From an uncultured Bacteroidales bacterium (GTDB taxonomy: Bacteria; Bacteroidota; Bacteroidia; Bacteroidales; WCHB1-69): 64,000 nucleotides of DNA. Below are positions 47,565-56,734 of the stretch, in pieces. Positions within the stretch are counted from its first letter, which is position 1, and each line of letters begins with the position of its first letter. Location: positions 3,593-67,592 of the forward strand of contig CAMORT010000003.1 of the NCBI GenBank assembly GCA_946624065.1, given 5' to 3'. The notes beneath the pieces were generated by a model, which was not told where the DNA came from, did no database searches, and was given only the letters and a program-made list of their open reading frames with translations. The translations under genes and the position numbers were made by a program.

Positions 47565-49337
47565 ATGAAAAAGCGCTGGATATGCAACGAACTACCAAAT
47601 GATGCGGCTGCAGAGAAACTGGCCGCCCAACTTTCCATTGAGAAACCGTTGGCCGCATTGCTTATCCAGAGAGGCATTAATACGCCTGAGGCGGCTGAAG
47701 AGTTCTTCAACCCCGACATCAGCAAACTCCATAACCCCTTCCTGATGAAGGATATGGACAAGGCCGTGAAACGCCTGTCCGACGCTATTATCGACAACCA
47801 GAAAATTTTGGTTTACGGCGATTATGACGTTGATGGAACCTCCGCCGTGGCGCTTCTTTACTCTTTCCTTTGCGAGATTATCGGTGCCGATTCCAAAAAT
47901 TTGGTGGAATACTATATTCCCGACCGCTATTCGGAGGGCTATGGCATCTCCGACCAAGGCGTGGAATATTGCCGCGACAACAATGTGAACCTGCTGATCT
48001 CCCTCGACTGTGGTATCAAAGCCAACGACAAGGTGGAGATGGCCAACAAATACGGCATTGATGTCATTGTGTGCGACCACCATTTGGAAGGCGACGAACT
48101 ACCTCCCGCCGTGGCTATCCTTGACCCCAAACGCAAAGATTGCCCCTATCCCTATAAGGAGCTCTCCGGCTGCGGCGTTGGTTTCAAGTTGATCCAGGGT
48201 TATTGCCAGAAATACAAGCTTCCCGACCAGCTTTGGCTGTCTCGTATGGACCTGGTGGCTATCAGCATAGCTTCCGATATCGTGGCCATAACGGGAGAGA
48301 ACCGAATTCTGGCCCATTTTGGGCTTGAGATTATCAACAAGTTCCCGCGCGTCGGTATCAAGTCCATTTTGGACCAAGCCGGCATCAAACTGCATTATCC
48401 GTTCAAGGAGGAAACCATTTTCTCCCGCGTGATTTCCATTTCCGACCTTGTTTTCTATGTTGGCCCGCGTATCAATGCCGCCGGCCGAATGAAGAGCGGA
48501 CGCGAGTCCGTTCGTCTGTTTATTTTCGAGGATGAGGACAAGTCGGTCGATATCGCCAAACGGATTAACACCCAGAACGAGGAGCGTAAGGAGCAAGACC
48601 GCAACGCCACCGAGGAGGCAATTCATACGATCCGCACATCCCATGAGTATGTGAACCGGAAAAGCATTGTCATCTACAACCCCAATTGGTTTAAGGGCAT
48701 TATCGGTATTGTGGCCTCGCGACTAGTTGAGGTTTTCTATAAACCCACCATTGTGCTGACCAAGTCTTCCGACGGACTGATTACCGGATCCGCCCGTTCC
48801 GTGAAGGAGTTCAACATTTACGATGGCATAGACTACTGCTCAGACCTACTGGAGCATTTTGGTGGTCATAAGTTTGCCGCTGGCCTTTCGATGAAAGAGG
48901 AGAATCTGGAGGAGTTTATCGAGAAATTCGAACAATATGTGAGCGATAATCTGGAGGAATCCTCCTTTGTCCCTGAAATTTCAGTGGATATGCCGCTGGA
49001 TCTCTCCGAAATCACGCACAGTTTCCTCAATAACTTGAAACGATTTGCCCCGTTCGGACCCGGCAATATGGAACCCATTTTCCAGTCCAATAATGTGGTG
49101 GACGAGGGAGCCGCAAGAATTGTGGGTGACAAGCACCTTAAAGCTCGCGTGCAGTATCCCGACCGCCCCGTGCGTCCTATTGACGTGATTGCCTTCAACC
49201 AGAAAGACAAACTGGAAATGATCAAGGACAACAAGACGTTTGATGTGCTCTACCATGTGGAGGAGAATGTTTGGAATAATGTGGTGAATATCCAATTGAA
49301 TGTGAAGGATATACGGCCAAGCAATTCAAACGAATAG
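47565..49337 (+). CDS. recJ: single-stranded-DNA-specific exonuclease RecJ
   Basis: DHH motifs (VYGDYDVDGTS, ISLDCG, IVCDHH) and a DHHA1 region (GGHKFAAG). Confidence 0.93.
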   Translation: MKKRWICNELPNDAAAEKLAAQLSIEKPLAALLIQRGINTPEAAEEFFNPDISKLHNPFLMKDMDKAVKRLSDAIIDNQKILVYGDYDVDGTSAVALLYSFLCEIIGADSKNLVEYYIPDRYSEGYGISDQGVEYCRDNNVNLLISLDCGIKANDKVEMANKYGIDVIVCDHHLEGDELPPAVAILDPKRKDCPYPYKELSGCGVGFKLIQGYCQKYKLPDQLWLSRMDLVAISIASDIVAITGENRILAHFGLEIINKFPRVGIKSILDQAGIKLHYPFKEETIFSRVISISDLVFYVGPRINAAGRMKSGRESVRLFIFEDEDKSVDIAKRINTQNEERKEQDRNATEEAIHTIRTSHEYVNRKSIVIYNPNWFKGIIGIVASRLVEVFYKPTIVLTKSSDGLITGSARSVKEFNIYDGIDYCSDLLEHFGGHKFAAGLSMKEENLEEFIEKFEQYVSDNLEESSFVPEISVDMPLDLSEITHSFLNNLKRFAPFGPGNMEPIFQSNNVVDEGAARIVGDKHLKARVQYPDRPVRPIDVIAFNQKDKLEMIKDNKTFDVLYHVEENVWNNVVNIQLNVKDIRPSNSNE

Positions 49338-49342
49338 TGATC

Positions 49343-50248
49343 ATGAATATGTCACAGAACTACTTACCAGAGAAAAATATTTCTACATTAAAGAACATAT
49401 TCCGGATTGGTGTGGCGCTGAACCTTACTTATCTGGTTGTGGAAACCGTGTTTGGCTTTTGTTGTCATTCGATGGGACTGCTTGCCGATGCCGTGCAGAA
49501 CCTTTGTGATGTGGCCGGCATGGTGTTGGTGCTCTCCGCTTATAAACTCTCCGATCCGGTGGGTACCAACCGTTTCAACTTTGGCTTTAAGAAAGGAGCC
49601 ATGCTGATCATGGCCCTGGTGGCACTGGTGACAGGTGTCCTGCTGACGTTTATTATAGCGGGCAGTGTTCATCAGATACACTTCCCCAGATATTTGGATG
49701 GCCGGGCAATTTCATTGGTGGCGGCAATAGGGGTGCTGGTGAATGGGGTCACGGCCGGTCTATTCCTGATGGTTTACCGTAAAAGACTCCGTATGAGGGG
49801 CGCTTTCCGCCACATGCTGGCGGATGCCATCGTTTCACTGGTGGTTCTTGTTGCCGGCATGGTGATTTTCTTCACCAGATGGTACATTCTGGACACCTTG
49901 GTGGCGCTTGCGGTTGTGATTGTCATCATTTTCGCCTTGTGGGAACTGTTCCACAACAGTACCAGTCTCGTGCTGGATGGCGTGCCTGCCCGTGTGGAGT
50001 ATGAGAAGCTGGTCCGGATTTTCTATGAGCAAGACGCTGTTGAAGATGTGTACCATCTGCATGTTTGGGCAGTCGCGCCCGATACCAATGTGCTTTCCGC
50101 CTGCGTGCGCCTGCGCGAGGACAATGGCTCGGAAACGGTGGCCGCTGTTTTGCGGGATCGTCTTGTCAAAGAGGGAATTTCCTATGTGACATTGGAGTTT
50201 GAAACCGGACAACAGGAAGCGTGCCAGAACACCGACGCTAAGGAATAA
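49343..50248 (+). CDS. cation diffusion facilitator family transporter
   Basis: Six TM segments with a CDF-like HSMGLLADA motif and a C-terminal cytoplasmic domain. The start is uncertain (49337 GTG, 49343 or 49349). Confidence 0.8.
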   Translation: MNMSQNYLPEKNISTLKNIFRIGVALNLTYLVVETVFGFCCHSMGLLADAVQNLCDVAGMVLVLSAYKLSDPVGTNRFNFGFKKGAMLIMALVALVTGVLLTFIIAGSVHQIHFPRYLDGRAISLVAAIGVLVNGVTAGLFLMVYRKRLRMRGAFRHMLADAIVSLVVLVAGMVIFFTRWYILDTLVALAVVIVIIFALWELFHNSTSLVLDGVPARVEYEKLVRIFYEQDAVEDVYHLHVWAVAPDTNVLSACVRLREDNGSETVAAVLRDRLVKEGISYVTLEFETGQQEACQNTDAKE

Positions 50249-50879
50249 TCAGATCTTCCATTCGTACTTTGGGAACATAGTGCGTGCCGTCTTTGCGGTA
50301 GTAGCGATGGTCCTCACCCTCCGATATTTCAGTTAACCGGATATTCTCATTGCCTTTCCCGATGGCGAGAATGAGCAACGGATCGTATGGCAATTGCAGG
50401 GCTTGGATGATTTTTTCTTTGTTGAATGCCCCGATAATCAGTCCACGAAGTCCCAACTCTACAGCTTTGAGCAGCATGCTTTGTACAGAGATACCAGCGT
50501 CAATGTCCACCATCTTGTTTTCAGGAATGTTGCTGCAAACGATGATGAACGCTTCGGGTTCCGTGCCCTCGAAGGGGAGGTGCAATTCCGGCAGCGCCCC
50601 GCCCATCTTGATATTTTCCAATATCGATGCGGCGCCATTCTCGGCATTGACCAGTTTGAACCGCAGAACCTGTTGGTTGCGGGCAGAGGGGATTTTGTTG
50701 TTTACCCCCACGATGGTTTTCAAGGTCTCTATGCTTACCTTCTGCTGGTGGTCATAGCCGCGATAACCGCGGTTCTTCAGCAGCAAAGTGTCCAGCGACT
50801 GGCCTACCTGTCGGATGACGGTCTGTCTTTTCGCTTTGTGCAACTCGTCGAATTTGCTTTCCAGATAATTGTCGGCCAT
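50238..50879 (-). CDS. nitroreductase family protein
   Basis: MADNYLESKFDE... N-terminus and a layout typical of Bacteroidota nitroreductase-fold proteins. Its 3' end overlaps the CDF gene by 11 bp. Confidence 0.7.
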   Translation of the reverse strand: MADNYLESKFDELHKAKRQTVIRQVGQSLDTLLLKNRGYRGYDHQQKVSIETLKTIVGVNNKIPSARNQQVLRFKLVNAENGAASILENIKMGGALPELHLPFEGTEPEAFIIVCSNIPENKMVDIDAGISVQSMLLKAVELGLRGLIIGAFNKEKIIQALQLPYDPLLILAIGKGNENIRLTEISEGEDHRYYRKDGTHYVPKVRMEDLIIP

Positions 50880-50894
50880 GATGTTGGGGGTGTT

Positions 50895-50982
50895 AGACGT
50901 AAGACTTGAGACGTGAGATGTAAGACTTGAGACGTGAGATGTAAGACTTGATATGTAAGTAAGACTTGAGACTTGAGGGGTA
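50895..50982 (-). repeat. about 12 heptamers (plus strand AGACTTG AGACGTG AGATGTA) with a 21-nt higher-order repeat
   Basis: Parsed by hand. AGACTTGAGACGTGAGATGTA occurs twice exactly, plus partial copies. It lies between the DUF4270 stop and the nitroreductase ATG. Confidence 0.9.
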
Positions 50983-50988
50983 CAAGTA

Positions 50989-52302
50989 TTAATATGTCGT
51001 GTATGACAATTCCAGTCTCATGCGTTTGTCGTCGGACAATCCGGTGCCACCGAACACAAGCCGGTTGGCGCGCACGGCGGAACCTCTTAAGACAAGATTT
51101 ACAGAATTGGAAAGTTCCGAGTTCTGCAGGATGAGTCCTTGAACATATTTTGTGATGCGGAAACGGTATTCGTGTTTAGCGGCGTCATAGTTTCCGCCAA
51201 AATAAGTTGCCCCTGTATAATATTCATCATCAGGGAGATACATGATTTTTCCGTCTTTTTCGCTAATTCCTTGCAGGGTGAGGTTAGTGGGTTGTACCCA
51301 GAATGTTTCATCAGTCGCCACATTGGTGATGACCAGTTCGGCCTTGTTGATCACGACGCGGTTGTTGAGTGATTTGAACGCCTCTTTCAAGTAGGGGAAG
51401 GTGATTCTGGTCTTCACCCCACCCATGGCTTGAACGAATAGTACGGAGTTTCCAATTTCCCGGTCGCCGCCAAGCACTTCTTGCGTGAAGTTGGCGTCTG
51501 AAGAGCTCAGATAGTTGTGAGTGAAGCTGTTGAAGCGTTTGCAGGAGGACGAACTGCAGGAGAACCGGTATCGTTTGGCGCTCTGTTCGTCGTTGTGATA
51601 ATACAGGTTAATGCCTGTCAATGCGCTGTTCAGGTTGGAGATGATCATATATCCATTTGAACCTGAGTGTGATATGGCGTCAATGCAGATTCCTTTGAAG
51701 AAACTTTGGAAACTGCTGTTGCTGGTCATGTGTTGCGAATTGTTCAGCAGATACTGCCCAAATGCTTGAGAGAGCCGGATGCGCAGGTGCGGGTTATAGG
51801 AGTTGGTGTCCACAATGACATGCGTATTGGGCTGGATGGAATACTGGGTGAGCGAATAATTCAGTGGGGTAGGGTCGTAGGACACGCTATTGTTCTGATA
51901 GTACTTGTCTCCTGAAATGGGCTCTGTCAGCTGATATACGCGAAATGCCACCCGGGAGTTTGTGTCGCCGTAGTAGGATGAGATTTGGAGTGTGAGAACT
52001 ACGGAGTCGATGACGGGGTTGGTGCCGAAGTTGACCGACGAGCCGGACATGGAGAACTGGGCGAAAGCGGTGCCCTTGTGGTCGCCGAACACAGGATCAT
52101 GGATGTTTCCGATGACATTGGCCGACATGTTGGTGGTGTTGATGGTGTCTTCCAGGAAGGAATAGGCCACGATGGAGGTGGTGTCGGTGAAATCCGTACC
52201 CACTTCGTTAATCAGTCCAAGCCCTATTTCGGAGGTTTCCTGCTTGCAGCCCCCAAAGAGAATGAGGAATGCGGCGAGTATGCAGAGAAAATATTGTTTC
52301 AT
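50989..52302 (-). CDS. DUF4270-family lipoprotein
   Basis: Lipobox (LILFGGC). Its size and position directly downstream of the short glycogen-synthase gene match the pairing conserved in Bacteroidota. Confidence 0.65.
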   Translation of the reverse strand: MKQYFLCILAAFLILFGGCKQETSEIGLGLINEVGTDFTDTTSIVAYSFLEDTINTTNMSANVIGNIHDPVFGDHKGTAFAQFSMSGSSVNFGTNPVIDSVVLTLQISSYYGDTNSRVAFRVYQLTEPISGDKYYQNNSVSYDPTPLNYSLTQYSIQPNTHVIVDTNSYNPHLRIRLSQAFGQYLLNNSQHMTSNSSFQSFFKGICIDAISHSGSNGYMIISNLNSALTGINLYYHNDEQSAKRYRFSCSSSSCKRFNSFTHNYLSSSDANFTQEVLGGDREIGNSVLFVQAMGGVKTRITFPYLKEAFKSLNNRVVINKAELVITNVATDETFWVQPTNLTLQGISEKDGKIMYLPDDEYYTGATYFGGNYDAAKHEYRFRITKYVQGLILQNSELSNSVNLVLRGSAVRANRLVFGGTGLSDDKRMRLELSYTTY

Positions 52303-52305
52303 TGC

Positions 52306-53127
52306 TTATTCCTTATCAGTTGCGTCAGCCAAGATTTGGTCGTAAAATTCATCGTACAAGTCCACATAGTTGTCGTCGTCAGGGTGTTGGAGTACGGGTT
52401 TCCCGGATTTTTCCACATAGGAGAGGATGCGTTTCTTGATGTCGATGGTGAGGGCGACGGCGTCGGCGTAATCCACAGCCATTTGGGTGATTTGCTCGTA
52501 GCCAGGGGAACGGAAGCGGGTGAGGCACTCGCTGGGAATGCCGGTCAGGCGCAGTTTCTTGGCGAAATTCGGCGAAAACTTCTCCGGGAAAGCGTCCGGC
52601 ATGATGGAATAAACAATCTTTGTGCCTTGGAACAACGGATTGTCCTTGTAGAGTGTTTTGATAAACAGGGGCACCAGAGCGGAAATCCAGCCGCTGCAGT
52701 GGATGATGTCGGGCTCCCAACCCAACTTGCGGACGGTCTCCACCACACCTTTGGCGTAGAATATGGCGCGGGAGTCATTGTCGGGATAAAACACGCCCTC
52801 CTCGTCATAATAGGGAGTCTTTCTCTTGAAGAAATCCTCGCTGTCGATAAAATATATTTGCATGCGGACATTCTGGAGCGATGCCACTTTTATGATCAGC
52901 GGATGGTCCGTGTCCTCAATGATGATGTTTTGTCCCGAAAGGCGTATTACCTCGTGCAGCATGTGCCGGTGCTCGTTCACGCAACCGAATTTGGGCATGA
53001 ATGTGCGGATCTCGTTCTCGCGTTCCTGTATGCCCTGCGGAAGGTAACGACATATGTTTGAGATGTAACCCTCTGGAAAATAAGGGAATATCTCCGGGGT
53101 GATGAATAGAACTTTCTTCTGCGCCAT
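52306..53127 (-). CDS. glycogen/starch synthase-like protein (short Bacteroidota form)
   Basis: MAQKKVLFITPEIFPYFPEG...IIHCSGWISALVP starch-synthase catalytic-domain motifs. The track's 5' extension to 53268 overlaps the tRNA and is rejected. Confidence 0.8.
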   Translation of the reverse strand: MAQKKVLFITPEIFPYFPEGYISNICRYLPQGIQERENEIRTFMPKFGCVNEHRHMLHEVIRLSGQNIIIEDTDHPLIIKVASLQNVRMQIYFIDSEDFFKRKTPYYDEEGVFYPDNDSRAIFYAKGVVETVRKLGWEPDIIHCSGWISALVPLFIKTLYKDNPLFQGTKIVYSIMPDAFPEKFSPNFAKKLRLTGIPSECLTRFRSPGYEQITQMAVDYADAVALTIDIKKRILSYVEKSGKPVLQHPDDDNYVDLYDEFYDQILADATDKE

Positions 53128-53151
53128 TTTAATGTATATTTTTTGCAAGTG

Positions 53152-53159
53152 CAAAGGTA
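53152..53159 (-). promoter_or_regulatory. -7 promoter box TAccTTTG (minus strand) for the glycogen-synthase gene
   Basis: The reverse complement of CAAAGGTA; 25 nt upstream of the ATG at 53127. Confidence 0.5.
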
Positions 53160-53220
53160 CGATTTTTTTTTGAAAAATAAATTTTTTTTTTGAAGAATGG
53201 TTGTTATTTGAAAAAAAGTG

Positions 53221-53228
53221 TATTTTTG
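53221..53228 (+). promoter_or_regulatory. -7 promoter box TAttTTTG for tRNA-Leu(GAG)
   Basis: TAnnTTTG, 15 nt upstream of the tRNA 5' end. Confidence 0.55.
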
Positions 53229-53242
53229 CCGCCGCAAAACGA

Positions 53243-53326
53243 GCCCAGGTGGTGGAATTGGTAGACACGCTACTTTGAGGGGGTAGTGGGAGTACTCCCG
53301 TGCAAGTTCGACTCTTGTCCTGGGCA
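53243..53326 (+). tRNA. tRNA-Leu (anticodon GAG)
   Basis: Acceptor GCCCAGG / CCTGGGC. D arm TGGTGGAATTGGTAGACAC. Anticodon stem CTACT / GGTAG with loop TTGAGGG. Long variable arm and T arm AGTTCGACTCT. Confidence 0.85.
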
Positions 53327-53330
53327 CTGA

Positions 53331-53359
53331 AAAAGAACCTGATACAGGTTCTTTTTTTT
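53331..53359 (+). terminator. intrinsic terminator after tRNA-Leu(GAG)
   Basis: GAACCTG / CAGGTTC stem, loop ATA, an A run before it and TTTTTTTT after it. Confidence 0.8.
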
Positions 53360-53394
53360 GTGCAACTATCTCTGGTGTAATGAATAGCATTTTG

Positions 53395-53402
53395 TATCTT
53401 TG
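53395..53402 (+). promoter_or_regulatory. -7 promoter box TAtcTTTG for the MFS transporter gene
   Basis: TAnnTTTG, 13 nt upstream of the ATG at 53415. Confidence 0.5.
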
Positions 53403-53414
53403 CCCGCTGGAAAA

Positions 53415-54626
53415 ATGAAGATTATGAATTCGAATACGATAGAACCGGAACGGCTGGTACCCTTGTGGAACAGCAATTATGTGAAGGTGTGGGTGGCGAA
53501 TTTCATGATCTTTTTTTCGTTTATGCTGCTGACACCGCTGCTTCCCCTCTATTTGAAAGATACTTTTGCGGCCGACAAACAGATGATCGGCATAGTGTTG
53601 TCCGGATACACGCTTTTCGCCTTGCTGATACGCCCCTTCAGCGGTTTTTTCGTGGACAGTTTTCCCCGGAAAATGGTTCTGTTGGTCTGTTACGGACTGT
53701 TCAGTATCCTCTTCGGCGGCTATCTGGTGGCAGGGACGCTGGTGTGGTTCGCTGTGTTCCGCACGCTACATGGTGCTCCCTTCGGGGCGGCAACCGTGGC
53801 CAACAGCACGGTCGCGATCGATGTGCTCCATCCCTCAAGACGCGCGGAAGGGATTGGTTACTACGGACTTAGCAATAATATTGCCTCCGCCATCGCACCC
53901 GCCCTCGCCATCTATATCCTCCATATTACCGACAGTTACCCGCTGCTGTTCTGGATCGCCTTTGTCACCTCCGCCATCGGATTCTGCATCAACGCCACAC
54001 TGAAACTGAACACACGGGAGTTGGTGAAAGACAAACCAAAACTCTCTCTTGACCGTTTTTTCCTGACCAAAGGATGGAGCGAGGCGCTTACCATGTGCTG
54101 TTTCGCCTTTTCCTATGGTGTGCTCGCCACCTATGTGGCCATCTACGGCAAGGAGGAATTGGGTATAAATGGCGGATCCGCCCTGTTTTTCATGCTCCTG
54201 TCGGCAGGGCTTATCCTCTCTCGGCTGGTGGGGAGCCGCACACTCCGCCAGGGCAAAATCACGCGCAATGCCGCTGTGGGCGTCTCCATCTCGGTTTTCG
54301 GCTATCTTCTTTTTGCTTGGCTTCACAATCCGATAGGATACTACGGGGCCGCCTTGATTATCGGTCTCGGCAACGGTCACATGTGGCCCGCCTATCAGAA
54401 CATGTTTATTGATCTGGCACCGCACACCCAGCGCGGCACCGCCAATTCCTCCGTGCTCATCAGTTGGGATGTGGGCATGGGTCTGGGAATTTTGGTGGGC
54501 GGCATCATCGCGGAGCATTTCGGCTATCATTGGGCCTTCTGGGCCGCTTGGATCGTAAATGTGATGGGCGTGGCCGGATTTTTTGGTTATGTGCGCAACA
54601 GCTTTGAAAACAATAAATTAAGATAA
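53415..54626 (+). CDS. MFS transporter
   Basis: 12 predicted TM segments and MFS loop motifs (RPFSGFFVDSFPRK). Confidence 0.85.
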   Translation: MKIMNSNTIEPERLVPLWNSNYVKVWVANFMIFFSFMLLTPLLPLYLKDTFAADKQMIGIVLSGYTLFALLIRPFSGFFVDSFPRKMVLLVCYGLFSILFGGYLVAGTLVWFAVFRTLHGAPFGAATVANSTVAIDVLHPSRRAEGIGYYGLSNNIASAIAPALAIYILHITDSYPLLFWIAFVTSAIGFCINATLKLNTRELVKDKPKLSLDRFFLTKGWSEALTMCCFAFSYGVLATYVAIYGKEELGINGGSALFFMLLSAGLILSRLVGSRTLRQGKITRNAAVGVSISVFGYLLFAWLHNPIGYYGAALIIGLGNGHMWPAYQNMFIDLAPHTQRGTANSSVLISWDVGMGLGILVGGIIAEHFGYHWAFWAAWIVNVMGVAGFFGYVRNSFENNKLR

Positions 54627-54661
54627 TATTGTAGAAGGTCTTGGTTTGTTGTTATTTTTGT

Positions 54662-54669
54662 TATTTTTG
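54662..54669 (+). promoter_or_regulatory. -7 promoter box TAttTTTG (tandem with a second copy at 54653-54660)
   Basis: GTTATTTTTGTTATTTTTGC; 36 nt upstream of the ATG at 54705. Confidence 0.45.
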
Positions 54670-54704
54670 CAACAAACTTATACATTAATTTAATTTTAAT
54701 CCAT

Positions 54705-55388
54705 ATGAAGAAAAGACCACTACTTCTTTTGATCTTGTTTGCAGCGGTTTGTCTAACCAGCTGCTTGCGCGAAGGAATAGACACCATTGCGCTCCCGTTC
54801 GGCAAAATTCCAGATGGCGTTATTCCAGCGGAAATTCGCGAACAGTTTGAACAGTATATACCTATTTATGAGGGGATTACACCTCCCAACATTACAGGTG
54901 AGTATCTTGTTAGTCCGGATGTCTTGGTATTTACATCCGATGGCAATTTTGATCCGGGTTACCAGTTTGCCGATATGTACATTCAATTCTATGATCAAAC
55001 TCCAAGTGGTATATGCAAGTATAGACATCGTCAAAGTCTGTCAACGGCGGATGCCCCCGAAGTCTATGTTGTCGGGCGGGATAATAATTTTACAGCGTAC
55101 TTTATTGAGGACGAAATTAGATTTGATGACAATGGCGATACCCTTGCCTATTGCAAGATTTCGAAGATTGTTTCTGGCACCTGGACCGAGCACGGAATTG
55201 AGAATTACAGGAATGGATTCATTATGTTGGAAAAGTACGATCCGACAGACCTTTTGATGGATGTTAATGTGTTTCGTGTAGTTGAAGATGGTAACGGTTT
55301 TTCCGAGAATTACAACTGGGTGAAGTCATATTCCAAGGATGATGCGAATTTGCCAACATGTATTGATAAAAAACCTGCCCTTAAATAA
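54705..55388 (+). CDS. lipoprotein of unknown function
   Basis: Lipobox LFAAVCLTSC. No recognised motif. Confidence 0.6.
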   Translation: MKKRPLLLLILFAAVCLTSCLREGIDTIALPFGKIPDGVIPAEIREQFEQYIPIYEGITPPNITGEYLVSPDVLVFTSDGNFDPGYQFADMYIQFYDQTPSGICKYRHRQSLSTADAPEVYVVGRDNNFTAYFIEDEIRFDDNGDTLAYCKISKIVSGTWTEHGIENYRNGFIMLEKYDPTDLLMDVNVFRVVEDGNGFSENYNWVKSYSKDDANLPTCIDKKPALK

Positions 55389-55397
55389 TCGTGCCCT

Positions 55398-56624
55398 ATG
55401 AAAAAGATACTGTTTATTGTTATAATGGCCGTAGTCGCTTTCGGAGTGCGTGTGTCGGCTCAGGATTTGTCCTCTGACAATCATTTTGTGGTGGGTGCCC
55501 GTGCGGGTATCGACATCTTTAATATGCGCTATTCATCTCATGATGTGGATATTTACAAGCATCATTATGGGGTGCGCGAGCAAATTGGTCTTTTCGCGGA
55601 GTATGATTATCTTTGGAAAGGATTGGCGGTTCGTGCGGATGTGCTGTATTCCCCTCGTGGTGTGCGGCTCACTTGGCAGGATATCAACTACAAACTCCGT
55701 GCCTATTATTTTGATATTCGCATTCCCATTACCTACACTTTTTTGAGGGATAAGATGATACAACCCTATGTGATGTTCGCTCCCAATGTGAATTTTGCGT
55801 TAGGCGGGCATTCTTATTACGCAAACTTTATTCGTGATTATACGACCAAATTGTCCAAGGCCAATTTCCGCCCAGTGGACTTCAGTTTGTTCTTCGGGGC
55901 TGGTGTGAAGGCACCGATCCCTGTCGGAAAATACACTCTCTATGTTGGCGGCGAGTTCGGATATAATCTGGGTTTGTGCAACACATTCAGTCAGATGGAA
56001 CTTGATAATGTGGCGAATGCCATCAATCTGCCGATGTATGATGTGAACGGAACGCGTAAGAACGGTGGCTTTGAGGTGGCAGTAACCGTCGCATGGGTTA
56101 TTCCGCAAAAGGAACATGCTCCTAAGGTGAAGGAGGAACCTGTAGCAGAACCCGCTCCGACACCTGTTCAGGATACGGTGAAAGAGGAACCCAACTCTGA
56201 CAATGTGATTGAATATCAGACCAAAGATTGTTACTCGATAGAAGAAATGAAGGCGTTCATCACCCTGAATATGCCTATTAACGACAAACGAGTCTGTATG
56301 TTCGATATGAAGTTTGAATTTGCTTCGGCGGTTCTGAAAAAGGAATCGGAAGCGCAATTGGATAAGTTTGTCGAGCTGTTCCAGATGTTCCCGAACATGA
56401 AATTGCAAATCAATGGTCATACCGACAATATAGGTTCCGATGAATACAACCAAAAACTTTCAGAGGATCGTGCACTATCCGTGTACAATTATTTTGTCAA
56501 GAAAGGTATTCCAGAAAACAGCATGAAAATCAAAGGATTTGGAAGTAAATATCCGATTGACACGAATGAAACGGAAGAGGGTAGAGCCAAAAACCGTAGG
56601 GTGGAAGTGGATATTCAAATGTAA
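55398..56624 (+). CDS. OmpA-family protein (N-terminal beta-barrel, C-terminal OmpA peptidoglycan-binding domain)
   Basis: Signal peptide. C-terminal motif INGHTDNIGSDEYNQKLSEDRALSV...GRAKNRRVEV. Confidence 0.88.
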   Translation: MKKILFIVIMAVVAFGVRVSAQDLSSDNHFVVGARAGIDIFNMRYSSHDVDIYKHHYGVREQIGLFAEYDYLWKGLAVRADVLYSPRGVRLTWQDINYKLRAYYFDIRIPITYTFLRDKMIQPYVMFAPNVNFALGGHSYYANFIRDYTTKLSKANFRPVDFSLFFGAGVKAPIPVGKYTLYVGGEFGYNLGLCNTFSQMELDNVANAINLPMYDVNGTRKNGGFEVAVTVAWVIPQKEHAPKVKEEPVAEPAPTPVQDTVKEEPNSDNVIEYQTKDCYSIEEMKAFITLNMPINDKRVCMFDMKFEFASAVLKKESEAQLDKFVELFQMFPNMKLQINGHTDNIGSDEYNQKLSEDRALSVYNYFVKKGIPENSMKIKGFGSKYPIDTNETEEGRAKNRRVEVDIQM

Positions 56625-56709
56625 AGGGTTTATCATCAAAATATTAAAGAGGAGAATGTTAATGTTCTCCTCTTTTTTTTGAATGTGTGTAAATAATACA
56701 CAAAAAATG

Positions 56710-56717
56710 TATATTTG
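56710..56717 (+). promoter_or_regulatory. -7 promoter box TAtaTTTG
   Basis: TAnnTTTG, 18 nt upstream of the ATG at 56735. Confidence 0.5.
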
Positions 56718-56734
56718 CACTTTAATTCTAGAAT

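Noticed and set aside
51985-53061. 358-aa plus-strand ORF
   Set aside because: It is antisense across the DUF4270 and glycogen-synthase genes and has no motif.
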